From: Octopus vulgaris
Lineage: Eukaryota
Assembly: GCA_951406725.2 (NCBI GenBank)
Contig: OX597819.1
Span: 65,286,001 to 65,350,000 of the forward strand
DNA length: 64,000 nt
Reading direction: 5' to 3'
Shown: one piece after another, positions 1-14,066 of the stretch
How positions within the stretch are numbered: the stretch's first letter is position 1
Layout of the letters: every line of letters begins with the position of its first letter
Program-made: the position numbers and the translations under genes
Notes under the pieces: generated by a model
The model's database searches: none
Told to the model about the DNA's origin: nothing
Seen by the model: the letters and a program-made list of their open reading frames with translations, nothing else

Positions 1-482
1 AAAATGATTCCTCATCAAGTGGATTCAGATTTAGCCATGATTACAACTGTTTAAGATAAGAAAACAAGACATCGTAAAAGACAGATGAAAAGGAAAATGA
101 ATCCACAATTTCCAATTTTAATTAAACCATAATTATTCAAGATTGAAAAAACAAATTACAGGACGCAAGACATAGCGTTTTAATAATACATTCCGACAGA
201 ATGATTTGTAAATGTATGTATATATGTGTGAGTATTTGACCGCTCACGCGTACATGTGTGTATGCTTGTGTATGGGAGTGTGTTACGCTATGAGTTTGTG
301 TTTCTCTTAATGTATCTTGTGGCCAGTATTAAAGGTAAGTTATCTGCTATGCTAATATGAAATTTATGTACATAACACATTCTTACAAGATGTTCCGATA
401 ACGGATATATTTGTAAATAAATAAATTATACACACACACACATAGATATACATACATATATATATATATATATATTCGTATG

Positions 483-532
<50 letters not shown>

Positions 533-537
533 CAAAC

Positions 538-569
<32 letters not shown>

Positions 570-1137
570 GTAGACTTACACATACATGGCTATATACATA
601 TACATTTATATGCATGTTTAAACATATATGTGAATGATGTATGTATGTATGTATGTATGTATGTATGTATACACACATACATATATATCTCTTGTGATGT
701 TTGCTATCTTGTCGCTCTAACTGAATGATTTCTATCCCTGCAAGGCTTACATAAAGATGTTTTCCTTTGGAATTCCGTAGGGGTTACAGCTGCTTACGGT
801 TTCAAATGGTTTCTCTGTAGGGATTGCTGCTGTTTATTTAAAAAGAAATGAAAGTAACAAACACGAGACCTAAACACCCACATAGGGAAACATATTCTAG
901 CGTACAGACATACAAAATGTAAGGAAAAGGAGAGTAGGGCGAAACATAGGAACAGAGATAGTGAGATGCGAATGCGTATGCGCATGCCTGCTTCTGTTCT
1001 CCAATAACTCCATTTTTTTCCTTAATCATAAAACCCTTGGGCACACGTTTCCAAGATGCTAAAATAATTACGTATGCCTACATATGTATTTGTGTGTTCA
1101 TGTGTCTGTGCGTGTGTACGTGTGTGCGTATATATAT

Positions 1138-1169
<32 letters not shown>

Positions 1170-1181
1170 GACGAGAAAGAG

Positions 1182-1237
<56 letters not shown>

Positions 1238-1279
1238 TGATGGATAGATAGATAGATAGATACATAGATACATAGATAA

Positions 1280-1311
<32 letters not shown>

Positions 1312-1322
1312 ATGTACGTATG

Positions 1323-1372
<50 letters not shown>

Positions 1373-1380
1373 GATACATA

Positions 1381-1432
<52 letters not shown>

Positions 1433-1611
1433 CATATATACACATATAGATAGATAGATAGATAGATACATAGATAAATATATATATATATGTGTGTGTG
1501 TATGTAAGTATGTATGTATGTGTGTATATATATATATATATGTATATATATGTATATATATATATAAACATATATATATATACATATATATATACATATA
1601 TATATATATAC

Positions 1612-1704
<93 letters not shown>

Positions 1705-1767
1705 CATCTGTATGTGTGTGTATGTTTGATCATTGAATTCTCCAAGCCATATTGTTTATGTTTTCAG

Positions 1768-1875
1768 GCAACATCCTTCGACCATCTGAAAACTGAATCT
1801 TTCAAACTCATACAGGATGAACTTAAAGCATTAATACCCGCTTTAACGTTTCGAAGTCTGCAATGTGTCCAATAG
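1768..1875 (+). CDS. Candidate terminal coding exon of an unidentified host gene ([35 protein letters not shown])
   Basis: Acceptor tgtttatgttttcag| ends at 1767. A phase-0 open frame of normal complexity runs to TAG 1875, with AATAAA motifs near 2070-2083. Protein not recognised. Confidence 0.45.
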   Translation, partial: ATSFDHLKTESFKLIQDELKALIPALTFRSLQCVQ

Positions 1876-3110
1876 AGCTATTAACAATATACTATTGTGC
1901 TATTTTGTATCTATTCATCTAGTTATATTAGCTTATACTCGTATTTGATAAACTTGCACTTTTGTTGTAAATTCAAATGTAATACGTACTATTTAACCAA
2001 TACAGAATTTATTATTGATTTAAGGACAAAATAACATAGACAGAGCTCAAGCTTTATCTAGCAATGGTAAATAAAATAATAAATGTGACTTGTTCTACTC
2101 CGTTTCATATTTCATCGGAGTAAGATTACATATGATATATCTGCACGGAGGTTTTTGGCATTAATTCATAGTTTATTCTTGTGTAGAATCTCAAACGTAT
2201 CTAACTGTAATGTCAATTTGTACGAATGTCTTTGTGCTGACAACCTGGATAAATCTGCTATTTAATAGATTGACAGATTGTCAAAAACAGTTGAGAATCG
2301 TAAAATAGATGCTCTGCAGTATTTATATACTCCAGATGTTTATGAACTGGTTACGAATCCTGCCGATATCAACCGTGTATTTTCTTGCCATCGAGCTAAA
2401 TAAATAAATCTAACTGTTGAGTTGTTGAGTCGATAGTATCGACTGAACGCCCCTTTTAAACCTCTGTCATTTTCCTCATATGAAATAACATAGTTAAGCG
2501 AGTTCTAGGGATCTTAGACTTGCAGAATAGTTAGAGATTCGGAAATTTGCTGTGCATTATTTGTTACGAATTTTATGATACAAAATGCAACACCGGGCGT
2601 GCTGAGCTTTACATTTTCTCTTTCCAAGTTTAATGAAAAGAAGTAGCAATCAAACATTTGGATCAATAGTTTCCACTCGTATCAACTCATCAAAATTACA
2701 GACCCTGGTCTAAATCAGAAAACAGCCATTTATAATCCACTACACCATCTTTCGTGTATAATTTGGATTCTAAACAAACAATAAGTATCACACGACTCAA
2801 ATTTGGTTAAATTACAGTTTATGTTTCTAGTTACATTAGACTTGTGGTCATATCATTTCATTTGTAAACAAAAAAATGTTTTAAAATTCTTTGGGAATAT
2901 AATATAGAATTGTTTGTTTCCCATTTTTCTTTTCGTCTTCATTTTGTTTTTTAGTGAATGTCTGTTTGTGATTACGAGATATAGTTTTCGAGAAATCTCT
3001 TCATAGAAAATAGAGTGAACAGTGTTACTGAACACCTTGGCTCTTCACAAATATAGAGACATGTTTACACGCTCACTCATGTATGTATCTGCGTATGTGT
3101 CTGTGTATAC

Positions 3111-3157
<47 letters not shown>

Positions 3158-3240
3158 GGTCCCGGGTTGATTCGGGGTTAACCACAGTAAATAAGGTACT
3201 CAATACATAGCAGAGTAAAATTAATTTATTATATAGAAGG

Positions 3241-3291
3241 AGCTTCTACAGGACTAGAACTGTTTCATTCAAGAGAAATCTTCAGGAAGCT
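3241..3291 (-). ncRNA. Type I hammerhead ribozyme motif
   Basis: Minus strand: AGCTTC-CTGAAGA-tttctcttgaat-GAAACAG-ttctagtc-CTGTA^-GAAGCT. Helix I 6 bp, helix III ACAG/CTGT, GUA triplet, weak helix II. Confidence 0.75.
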
Positions 3292-4444
3292 AGTTAACAA
3301 GAATTGTATTGGCCTTTATACATTTAGGCAGGTTTAAAGGGGTGTTGGTGGGGGACTTTTTGGGGGTAGGCATAGCGCAAAATATCATCCTTGGGGAGTG
3401 GTCAGGGAGTCAGTGTTAAATTAGATAGAAGAATAAATAAAAAAATAAAAAAAATAAAAAAATATATATAAAAAAAAATATATATATAGAAAAAATGGGG
3501 GAGTAGAGTGTTAGGTAAATAAGGAGATTCTCACTTATACCTATGCACATATGTATACATATATACACACACATACAAACATATATACATATACATACAC
3601 ACATACATACACACACATATATATACATATATATACACTTACACATACATATACATATCTACACATACACATATATGTATACATACACACACTCACATGC
3701 ATACACGTATACACACATGTATATATACACACACGACCACACATACATATACACACAGAAAAATATACATACACATACACACACATACTCACATACACGC
3801 ATACACACACATATCCACACACACACATGCACACACAGCACACTAGTCCCTATATACACATATATACACATACACACATATATACATACACACACATACA
3901 TATACATAGATATATATATATATATATATATACATATGTGTACCTATGCATACCTACACATACACACATATATATATATATATACACATACAAATACAGA
4001 CCCATTCCCTCCTCCTTAACAAAATCTCAGAACACTCCCCAAATTGTATGCATAAGAAGTATGCGAACTACAAGAACTATAGACCTACCCGGCAACCAGA
4101 TTGATGACACCCCACCCACAAAACCCCCCCAATCCCACCGTTCCCCTAGCACCCCCGATTACCTTTTCTCCTAAGACCTTTCACATATTGTATGTGCACG
4201 CTTGTATATGTGTATCGTATATATGTATAGAAATGTATGGGTATAGTAGGAATATACGCATGTATTATGTGTGTGTGTGTGTGTATGTATGTAAAAAAAA
4301 TATATATATATATATATATTTGTATGTGCGTGTGTGTATGTGTGTGTGTGTATATATGTATATATGTATGTATGTATAAATGTATATATGTGTGTATGCA
4401 TATGTATGTGTATATGTATGTGTGTATGTATGTGTATGTATGTA

Positions 4445-4660
4445 TAAAATATTATATAATTAGGGCTTAGTAAAATAAATTACTTTGCCACATACTGAAC
4501 TTTCTAGAAATAGCAGCCAAAAAAGTTTTTTAGCCTCTTCCACTACTTAGAGAATATCTTCCCTCAGACATTGTTTACTCAAAAAAATAATGGTCCTTTT
4601 ACATACTGAATACTTGGTGAAATTGATTAATAACTAATTAACTTTACCCTCAATTGTTGA
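4445..4660. repeat. Interspersed repeat related to 29955-30170, internally rearranged
   Basis: 4445-4570 resembles 30060-30170 (tagaaatagcagccaaa). 4592-4660 is the reverse complement of 29960-30040. Confidence 0.6.
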
Positions 4661-4740
4661 TATATGTATGTGTGTGTATATATATATGTGTGTGTATATA
4701 TATATATATGTACATGTATGTATATGTGTATGTATGTATG

Positions 4741-4813
<73 letters not shown>

Positions 4814-5322
4814 ATATGTGTATTATATATGTATATATTTATATATATATATATATGTATATGTATATGTATGTGTGTGTGTATATGTATATATGTGTAT
4901 ATATATGAGTGTACGCGAGTATGTCGATGTATATGTAGGTATGTAGAGTTATGTGTATGTGCATGTATGTGAGTGTAGATACAAATTGTAGATGTGTATA
5001 TATATGTAAGTGTATATATACATGTATATAGGTATATGTATGTGTGTGTATATGTATATATATATATATATATATATGTATATGCGAGTATGTAGCGATA
5101 TAAGTATGTGCATGTGTATATATATGTGTGTATATATATGTATAGGTATGTGTATGTGTATGTATGTATATATATATATGTGTGTGTGTATGTATGCATA
5201 TATGTATGTATGTATGTATATGTGTATGTATATATGTGTGTAAGTGTGAGTATATATGTAAATGTAAGTGTGTGTGCTTGTATGAGTATGTATGTATGTT
5301 TGCACACATGTATATGTGTGTG

Positions 5323-5399
<77 letters not shown>

Positions 5400-5678
5400 A
5401 TATGTGTGTGTGTGTATATATGTGTGTGTATGTGTGTGTGTGTATATATGTGTGTATGTGTATGTATGTATGTATATATATGCGTGTGTATGTGTATGTG
5501 TATATGTACATATACGCGTACGCTCGTGTGTTTATGTATATGTAGGTACGTAGAGTTATCTATGTGTGTATATATTTGTACATGTGTGTAAGTATGTATA
5601 TATATATATGTGTATGTGTGTGTGTGTATATATATATGTGTATATATGTATATGTATATATATGTGTATATATGTATG

Positions 5679-5727
<49 letters not shown>

Positions 5728-6111
5728 AAGTTTATATGTATGTATCCGTCTATATAATAGGTAACTGCACGTACATATACTTAATATTTATTATTTATTT
5801 TTTGAGTATGCATGTATGAATAACTGCGCGTATATATATTTTACTATTTACTTATTTTTGAGTATGCATGTAAGTATGAATATAAGGAGGCGCGTGTGTG
5901 TGTGTGTATGTGTAAGCATAGATATATGTATACTTTTACGCATGTGTGTACTTATGTGTATATATGGATGCGCGCGTGTGTGTGTGTGTGTATGGGTACG
6001 CATGTACATGTGTATGTGCGTGTATGTGTATATGAGTATGTATGTGTGTGCGTATATTTGTATATGTATGTATGTATATGTATGTGTGTGTATGAATGTA
6101 TATATATATAT

Positions 6112-6250
6112 GAAACTTTAGCGACTGAAGAAGGGGATTTTTCGTTGTGCTTATTGTCCTGTATTTCCTTTTTTTGCTTGTCTTGTTCCTTGGTTTGTGT
6201 CTATGTTTTTCGTCTCTCTATGTGTTCGACGTCCTTTTGGTGTCCTGTAC
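6112..6250 (+). repeat. 5'-truncated copy of the repeat family at 8470-8675
   Basis: Shares ctga(a/t)gaagggga...gtgtcctgtac with the minus strand of 8470-8610. Embedded in TA/TG microsatellite. Confidence 0.6.
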
Positions 6251-6324
6251 ACATATACGCGTGTATATGTACATGTAGAGGTAGGTACGTACATATATGT
6301 TTATATATATGCATATATTTTATT

Positions 6325-6380
<56 letters not shown>

Positions 6381-7026
6381 TATGTATGTATGTATCTGGG
6401 TGTGTGTATGTGTATAAATGTATGTATGTATGGATGTATGGATGTATGTATGTATGTATACGTATGTATGTGTATGTGTGTATATGTATGTATGTGTATG
6501 TGTATATATATGTATATGTGTGTATGTGTGTATATATGTGTATATATATATATATATGTGTATATATATATGTGAATATATATGTATATATATATATATA
6601 TACATGTATGTATTTGTATGTAGGTGTATATGTATGTGTGTGTATTTATATTTATTGGTGTATATGTATAGACTAGCCTTCTAAGAGTGTAGACATGAAT
6701 CTGTAGGTACGCGTACGTATGTGTATATACGTGAATGTATGTAGATGTATGTATGTATGAATATAACGCGTGCGTGCGTGTATGTGTATGAGTGTACGAA
6801 TGAGTGAGTGTACGTGCTAAAGAGTGTGCGTGAGTGAATGAGTGCTTGTTTTCCAGTAGACAGATATATGGACTGGCTGTCATAGCCAAGATGTTTGTGA
6901 CCAAGCGGCCAAAGATAATAAAAGTAATAAACGAAGATAATAAAATGAAAATTACGGAATGGGTCTGTATTTGTATGTGTATATATATATATATATGTGT
7001 GTATGTGTAGGTATGCATAGGTACAC

Positions 7027-7066
<40 letters not shown>

Positions 7067-7680
7067 ATGTATGTGTGTGTATGTATATATGTGTGTATGT
7101 GTATATATGTGTATATAGGGACTAGTGTGCTGTGTGTGCATGTGTGTGTGTGGATATGTGTGTGTATGCGTGTATGTGAGTATGTGTGTGTATGTGTATA
7201 TATATTTTTCTGTGTGTATATGTATGTGTGGTCGTGTGTGTATATATACATGTGTGTATACGTGTATGCATGTGAGTGTGTGTATGTATACATATATGTG
7301 TATGTGTAGATATGTATATGTATGTGTAAGTGTATATATATGTATATATATGTGTGTGTATGTATGTGTGTATGTATATGTATATATGTTTGTATGTGTA
7401 TGTATATATGTATACATATGTGCATAGGTATAAGTGAGAATCTCCTTATTTACCTAACACTCTACTCCCCCATTTTTTCTATATATATATCTTTTTATAT
7501 ATATTTTTTATTTTTTTTTTTTTTTATTTTTTATTTATTCTTCTATCTAATTTAACACTGACTCCCTGACCACTCCCCCAAGTATGATATTTTGCGCTAT
7601 GCCTACCCCCAAAAAGTCCCCCACCAACACCCCTTTAAACCTGCCTAAATGTATAAATGCCAATACAATTCTTGTTAACT

Positions 7681-7731
7681 AGCTTCCTGAAGATTTCTCT
7701 TGAATGAAACAGTTCTAGTCCTGTAGAAGCT
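7681..7731 (+). ncRNA. Type I hammerhead ribozyme motif (inverted copy of 3241-3291)
   Basis: agcttc ctgaaga tttctcttgaat gaaacag ttctagtc ctgta gaagct. Confidence 0.75.
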
Positions 7732-7741
7732 CCTTCTATAT

Positions 7742-7820
<79 letters not shown>

Positions 7821-8207
7821 GAGAGAGAGAGAAAAAGAAAGAAAGAAATAAAGAAAGAAAGAAAGAATGAGTGAGTGAGAGAGACTGATTGGTTGATTGA
7901 TTGATTGATCTGATTCAGTAGTTCTGAACCCGTAAGAAGCCTAGGAAACTTTAAACTGCATGGAACTGAAACCTATTTTAAATAATAGATACATATGTTG
8001 ATACATACATAGGAGTGGCTGTGTGGTAAGCAGCTTCCTTACCAACCACATAGTTCCGGCTTCAGTCCCACTCTATGGCATCTTGGGCATGTGTCTTTTA
8101 CTATACCCTCGGGCCGACCAAAGACTTATATATTTTTAATTATATATATTTAATTTAATAAATAAAATATATGCATACATACATACATATATGTACGTAC
8201 TTAGATC

Positions 8208-8254
<47 letters not shown>

Positions 8255-8258
<4 letters not shown>

Positions 8259-8437
8259 TGATCTGAGAACATAATCTTTTGTGGAGAATGACGATTTGAC
8301 GTCTATATCTAGCATGTTGACTGTCCACTTTTCGTGTTCAGTCCTTAATTGGTATATATAAATATTTTAATCTTCGGATTCTTTTTTAATATGCTAGACC
8401 ACTGGTCTTAATTGATAAATATCAATTTCTACCCTTA

Positions 8438-8445
<8 letters not shown>
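8255..8445 (+). repeat. Fragment of the family at 26048-26724 (opposite orientation)
   Basis: gacgtctatatctagcatgttgac and aatcttcggatt are reverse complements of 26480-26660. Confidence 0.85.
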
Positions 8446-8469
<24 letters not shown>

Positions 8470-8471
<2 letters not shown>

Positions 8472-8675
8472 AGTACAGGACACCACAAATAAACGTAGAA
8501 CACAACGAGAAACGAAAACATGAAAACAAACTAGGAAACGGACTTTTTTTAACAACGAAAAAACAGAGTACAAGACAAACAATACAAGGAATATTCCCCT
8601 TCATCAGCTGTCCCTGGTTCGACTCAATGCGTGTTTCGAAGGTAAGGACAGAACACGATCCGGTCGAATCACATT
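8470..8675 (-). mobile_element. Short TA-embedded repeat with hammerhead core boxes in unusual order
   Basis: Minus strand has GAAAC (8637-8633) before CTGATGA (8607-8601), with three complementary segment pairs. Homologue at 6112. Confidence 0.55.
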
Positions 8676-9815
8676 ATATATATATGTATATATATATACG
8701 TGCGTGTATGTATATATTTGTGTCTCTGTGTTTGTCCCCCCAACCTCGCTTAACAACCGATGCTGGTGTGTTTACTTTCCCGTTATTTAGCGGTCCAGCA
8801 AGACAGACCGAGAGAATAAGTACTTTGCTTACAAAGAATAAGTCCTGGGGTCGATTTGATCGACTAAAGGCAGTGCCCCAGCATGGCCACTGTCAACTGA
8901 CTGAAACAAATAAAAGAAAGAAAAGGAAAAGAATACATACATACATACGCACATACAGACAGACAGACAGACACATGTTTCTATGTATATATGTATGAAT
9001 ATATATCAGGATTAGCGAACCCATTCTACATGTATGAAGATATCATATCATACCCTATAATATCTTACCATTTCTCAAATTGCATATACGCACGATGTAA
9101 TTGTCGTAGCATGAGTAATGAATTGGTCTCTCTTCTCGCCTTCTGTGATTCTGGTTCAGTTATCTAGTTCCTCACTCTGTATTTTACAAAAGGCTTTAAT
9201 TTTAGTAGAGAGATTGTATGACTTTTCATTCTAGAACTTTACTTTGGGGCCGAGTTTCTACCATTTTTTCATCATTTCCAAACAACAAATAAATTGCTGC
9301 GCAAATATTTTAGCTATGTTATCAGAAATTGATCTTGTAGTCCTTATCGATTTCATTGTGCACAATTAAATCGTACAATTTCAGTCAACTTACTGGTATT
9401 ATCCCCATTATTTAGCATTTAGTGCTAAGCCTTGGAGGGACATATTATCCAATAGATGTTTGAAAAAACCTCTCATATATAACATATCGGAAAATCATAT
9501 AACATATAGGAAAATCTATCGTATGTATAAATGAATATATGTTTGTGTGTGTGAATACATTTTCAATTACAATGGACGTTGCGTTATACTGAAATGACTT
9601 CGAATTTCTGAAGACTGTTCTGGAGACATATGTGACATTTATTGTGCTTCAGTTCCATTATTGGATGCCATGTGTATCTTGTCACACTAAATGATCTCTA
9701 CTAAGATTACGTTTTCTAGAAATGTCATAGTGATGGCTTTCTTGACTGGTTGACATGTTGGAAGGACCTGGAGATTACACATCTCTCTATGTTGTCATAT
9801 ACATATAGAGAACTA

Positions 9816-9910
<95 letters not shown>

Positions 9911-10127
9911 GTATATATATATACACTCAGAAACATATAAATGTATATATATGTATATATTTATGCACACACACTCACACACATATATATATATATAGAT
10001 GGTACATATGTAGATAAGAAATACATGTATACATACATACATGATACATATGTAAATTAAAATATACATGCACATATGCGTATATATACATGTATGTGTC
10101 TGTTTGTGTGTTCGCCTCTATGTGTGT

Positions 10128-10162
<35 letters not shown>

Positions 10163-10728
10163 AATGTGCGTATGTGTATTTCTATATAAGTATATAAATA
10201 TAAGCATCTAAGGAAATATGGTGGCATACATTGAAGTATACTTGTCGATGTATATAAATCGTTACGTAGTTATTTATATGCACGTCCATTGTTATAAAAA
10301 CACGACACGCGTGCACACACATAGACGTATGTTTTTATGCATACATGCACACATACACATATGTTCAGAGGTTTGTGTTTGTGTCGTCATTGTATGTATA
10401 CGCTTTGTTGTGATTAAATGTATGTGTAGGCTACACATCAACACAGTAACATCGCTCATACACGTATTGACATTTCCAACCCTGATATTTTCCTATTTGG
10501 CAATCACGTACATGGTTATGGCACATAGTATACAAATATAGTCTTTCCTCATACACAAATACACGTAAATCCTCAACTCGCTTTTCATATTAGATATAGA
10601 ACGGTATACATGCGCTTGAAAGGCATTCATACAGATGCAAACGCAGATAAACTTTTAAGTATTGACAACTTATCGTCAACTACAGAAACTGTGCAACCAT
10701 AAATATCCAGTACCATAATCATATAATC

Positions 10729-10824
<96 letters not shown>

Positions 10825-11422
10825 ATGTATATCTGTGTGTGTTTAGAAACGGTTGCGGAAACACGCTTGTATATATACGCCGCTCATGACCATTTTGATA
10901 TATATATATATATATACACAAATTTCGAATCTTCTATCTATATATTTTCTTATAATCCTGTTGAATTCTGGCCAAAATCAACTTCCTGTTCATGTGAACT
11001 GTAATATACTTTATGTTACTTACGGGGGAATTATGGTTGTTCTTTGTCTATCTAAGCGAATGCTATCATCGCCTTCGTCGCCATCATGATGGAGCTGGCG
11101 CTGTTCACTTTTAGAATAATCATTATTAACCTTTACAAGAACACAGGTCATTGTCTACCGTTCCCGAAAAGATGCGCCTCTTTATCCTTGAGACGAAATG
11201 AAGCTATCGCTACATTATCGTCTTCTTGAATTAAATGGTAGATGGCGTTTACATGCTGCTTTGTCTAGATGGACATGAAACCACTTCAACGAAACCACTT
11301 AATGTTGTCTATTATTTCTCATATTGTTGAACACAGTGTTTATGTTGGGTGACATAGTCAGCGTGTAGCAATTTGTACTGATTATGGCGTTTACTATAGC
11401 GAAAGCAAATACTACTAAAGTA

Positions 11423-11727
11423 ATGGGGTGTCCGGAAAGTTCATACCGATTTTCAAAGAACAGAAAAAGGTCAATGAATACTTGCCATTACAACCAAATA
11501 TGAACCATTTTGTTGCACAATGCGTCTCCATCTTTCCTTTAACTTGAAATTACCCTCTTCTTTTCCCAGAAATGAGTTGGTTTCATAGCAAACAATTCAT
11601 CATGGTATCATTTTACGTCATCCAAGGAATTGAAAATTTTACCATTAAGACTATTCTGCAGAGACCTGAATAAGTGGAAATCCGAAGGAGTAATATCTGG
11701 TGAATATGGCGGGTAGGGTAACCATCT
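11423..11727 (-). mobile_element. Mariner transposon 3' fragment (pseudogenised transposase C-terminus plus probable TIR)
   Basis: Minus-strand translation LPYPPYSPDITPSDFHLFRSLQNSLNGKIFNSLDDVK matches the mariner YSPDLAPSDFHLF motif. Terminus ta-atggggtgtccggaaagttc. Confidence 0.9.
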
Positions 11728-12431
11728 CAGGGTGTGATGTGTTAACATAAGAGCTCTTTGTTTTATCAGATGTACTTTTTCTGGTATTTGATCAACGAAT
11801 TTAAGAGCATCATTTTACAACATTCCGCAAGAGAAAGCTGATCACAGCCACATTTTTTGAGACCTTTATTTCGAGGTCTTTGCATTTAACTTTAAAAATA
11901 CTTTGACTGAGGCGATACAGTTTGCTGAGTTTGAGAAAGCTATGAGCAAAGCTTTCAGGATTTTGGACCACATTAGCTTCATCTTTTTCAATACTAAATT
12001 TTAAACACTGTTGAAGATATAATTTTCTATCACTTCGGCAGGGTTATTTTCTCACTAGTTATCGTAAGGAGTTCAAATTCACGGTATATGATCCGGTACA
12101 AATACTAACCAAGTCTATCATAGCAGAGCAAAAATATTTCGTAAACTGAATTTTAATTAACATGGTTGTCAGAAATATCTGTGTGGAAGAGTTCTAATAA
12201 GACTAAAATATGTCATATGCAGATATCATCCCTGCGGAAACAGACTAGTCTTCACAAGAGCTATGATATATATACATACATATATATATAAATTATTATT
12301 GCATAAATAATTTAAAATTTCTACAAATTATCATCTCCGTTCTTTGTGGGTCGCTAATTCGCCAAAGTTAGGCACAATTCAGTTCATTAAGAATTTCTTT
12401 GTACGTTACACATCACACCAACATCTATTTG

Positions 12432-12462
<31 letters not shown>

Positions 12463-12684
12463 GGTGTATAATCTAAATATATGCCTGAGGGTAGTCAATC
12501 ATATAGAAACGCATAATTACAATGCTTTCACTTGTTGTAATTGTCTGTGTATAATTATGCGCATGGATGTATCTATATATAGATGCGTGTATGTGTATAT
12601 ATATATATATCTATCTGTATATACATATGTATGTGTATATATATGTATATGTATATATATATATATGTATTTATGTGTGTGTAA

Positions 12685-12727
<43 letters not shown>

Positions 12728-13403
12728 ATGTTCATAGTTTGTACTTCTTACGATTGTATTTCTGCATGTGCATGCGAATCTGCTTCTTCATTCTGAGCAT
12801 GTGGGTGAGTTTATAGTCTTAGGTGTAATATCCTTTTCTCCATCCGTGTATGAACGTATGCATGATTTTTATAGTCGCGTACTTAAATATATATTGTAAT
12901 ATTTGTTACACTGTATCATTACATATTTGTGTAATAGTATATTTCGAATGCATAAGACTTTATTCATTTTCGTGTGAGCGTTTGAGTTTTTGGGTTATAG
13001 CGTTCTTGTGTGTTTGCTTGTGTAATGAATGAGATGAAATACAATACAGGTGGGCAATGTGACATAAAGGTATATAGAGACACACGCTTTGTGTTCAAGA
13101 ATTATTGTGTTATAACGTGCATTTATGCATGTTTTATATGTGTATTCTTGTATGTATCCTTCAGTCGATAATAGCTATATTTCTCTCTAAGTATATCAGT
13201 ATGATAATGTATGTTTGAATAGAGATACCTGTTGGTTGTTGTTGAATACGTACAATTTTGAAAGAGTCTGACAGACGAGAAGAGAAAGGGAGAGGGGGAG
13301 AGAGGCATACAGAGAGTGAAATGAGATTAAGAAATTTATAAAGAAATGAAAGAAGGAATGCAGAAGAGAGTGAGCGAGAGAAAGAAAGAGAGAGATGTAT
13401 AAG

Positions 13404-13477
<74 letters not shown>

Positions 13478-14066
13478 TATATAGAGAGAGAGACACACAC
13501 ACACAGACAGACAGGCAGATAAATATAGAGAGAGAGAGGAAACAAGAGAAGAAGCGGGAGAGAAATTTTGAAGAAAGTAGAACTAATTAGCTAATTAGCA
13601 AGTTGGATTGATTTGCAGTTCTCTTCCTCGTTAGTAAGTTAGTTAGTTAGTTAGGTACCTAGCAAGATAGTTCATTAGACCGATTCCTTCGTTTATTAGT
13701 TTCTGGAATATGTTGTCAGTCACCTAAATAGGGAAACAGGTAAAATTTAGGATAGTCTCGTGAAGATTGTGTAGAGATATTACAAATTCTCAAACTAGCA
13801 TACAACCTTTGAACAAAAATCTGTATCAACAAACGTAATCTTAGGTGATAACTTTTATTCTTCAAGCTATCGTAATTTTACTTTTTTAAATTTCAAGATG
13901 TTTGCAACGTCTCATAGTAAAAAGTTAATATAATCTTCAAATGGAAAAAAGTGGGAACATATGGCACATTTAACTACAAAACGCTTTGGAAATGATTAAA
14001 TAAAGTAAAAACATATTTCCCCATAGGACAAAGAACAATCTGTGCGTAGATACCGATAATTGGTTT

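Larger units (their letters stand above)
3157..7746. mobile_element. Large foldback element: ~780-bp inverted arms 3226-4008 and 6956-7746, each with a hammerhead (Penelope-like, non-autonomous)
   Basis: Arms are near-perfect reverse complements, including ~450 bp of irregular TA/CA sequence. The left arm has an extra ~70-nt tail (3157-3225). Both ends abut (TA)n. Confidence 0.85.
8011..8925 (+). mobile_element. tRNA-derived SINE family A, split by nested insertions (head 8011-8127, 3' half 8715-8925)
   Basis: Head ggagtggctgtgtggtaag...ttccggcttcagtccca and tail gactgaaacaaataaaag match intact copies at 21195, 48901 and 62455. Confidence 0.85.

Noticed and set aside
794-835. Possible small minus-strand exon (aaacag|...AAACC|gtaagc)
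   Set aside because: Isolated, with no partner exons; such signals arise by chance.
364-7555. Numerous long YI/CV/HT-rich ORFs here and throughout the window
   Set aside because: They are translations of (TA)n, (TG)n and (CA)n microsatellites that lack stop codons by composition.
9605-9640. ctgaaga...gagacatatgtg hammerhead-like motif
   Set aside because: The GAAA box, cleavage triplet and helix I are not satisfied.
11812-12045. ~77-codon Met-less minus-strand open frame
   Set aside because: No clear splice signals; KCKDLEIKVSK looks like a tiny R4 LINE remnant.
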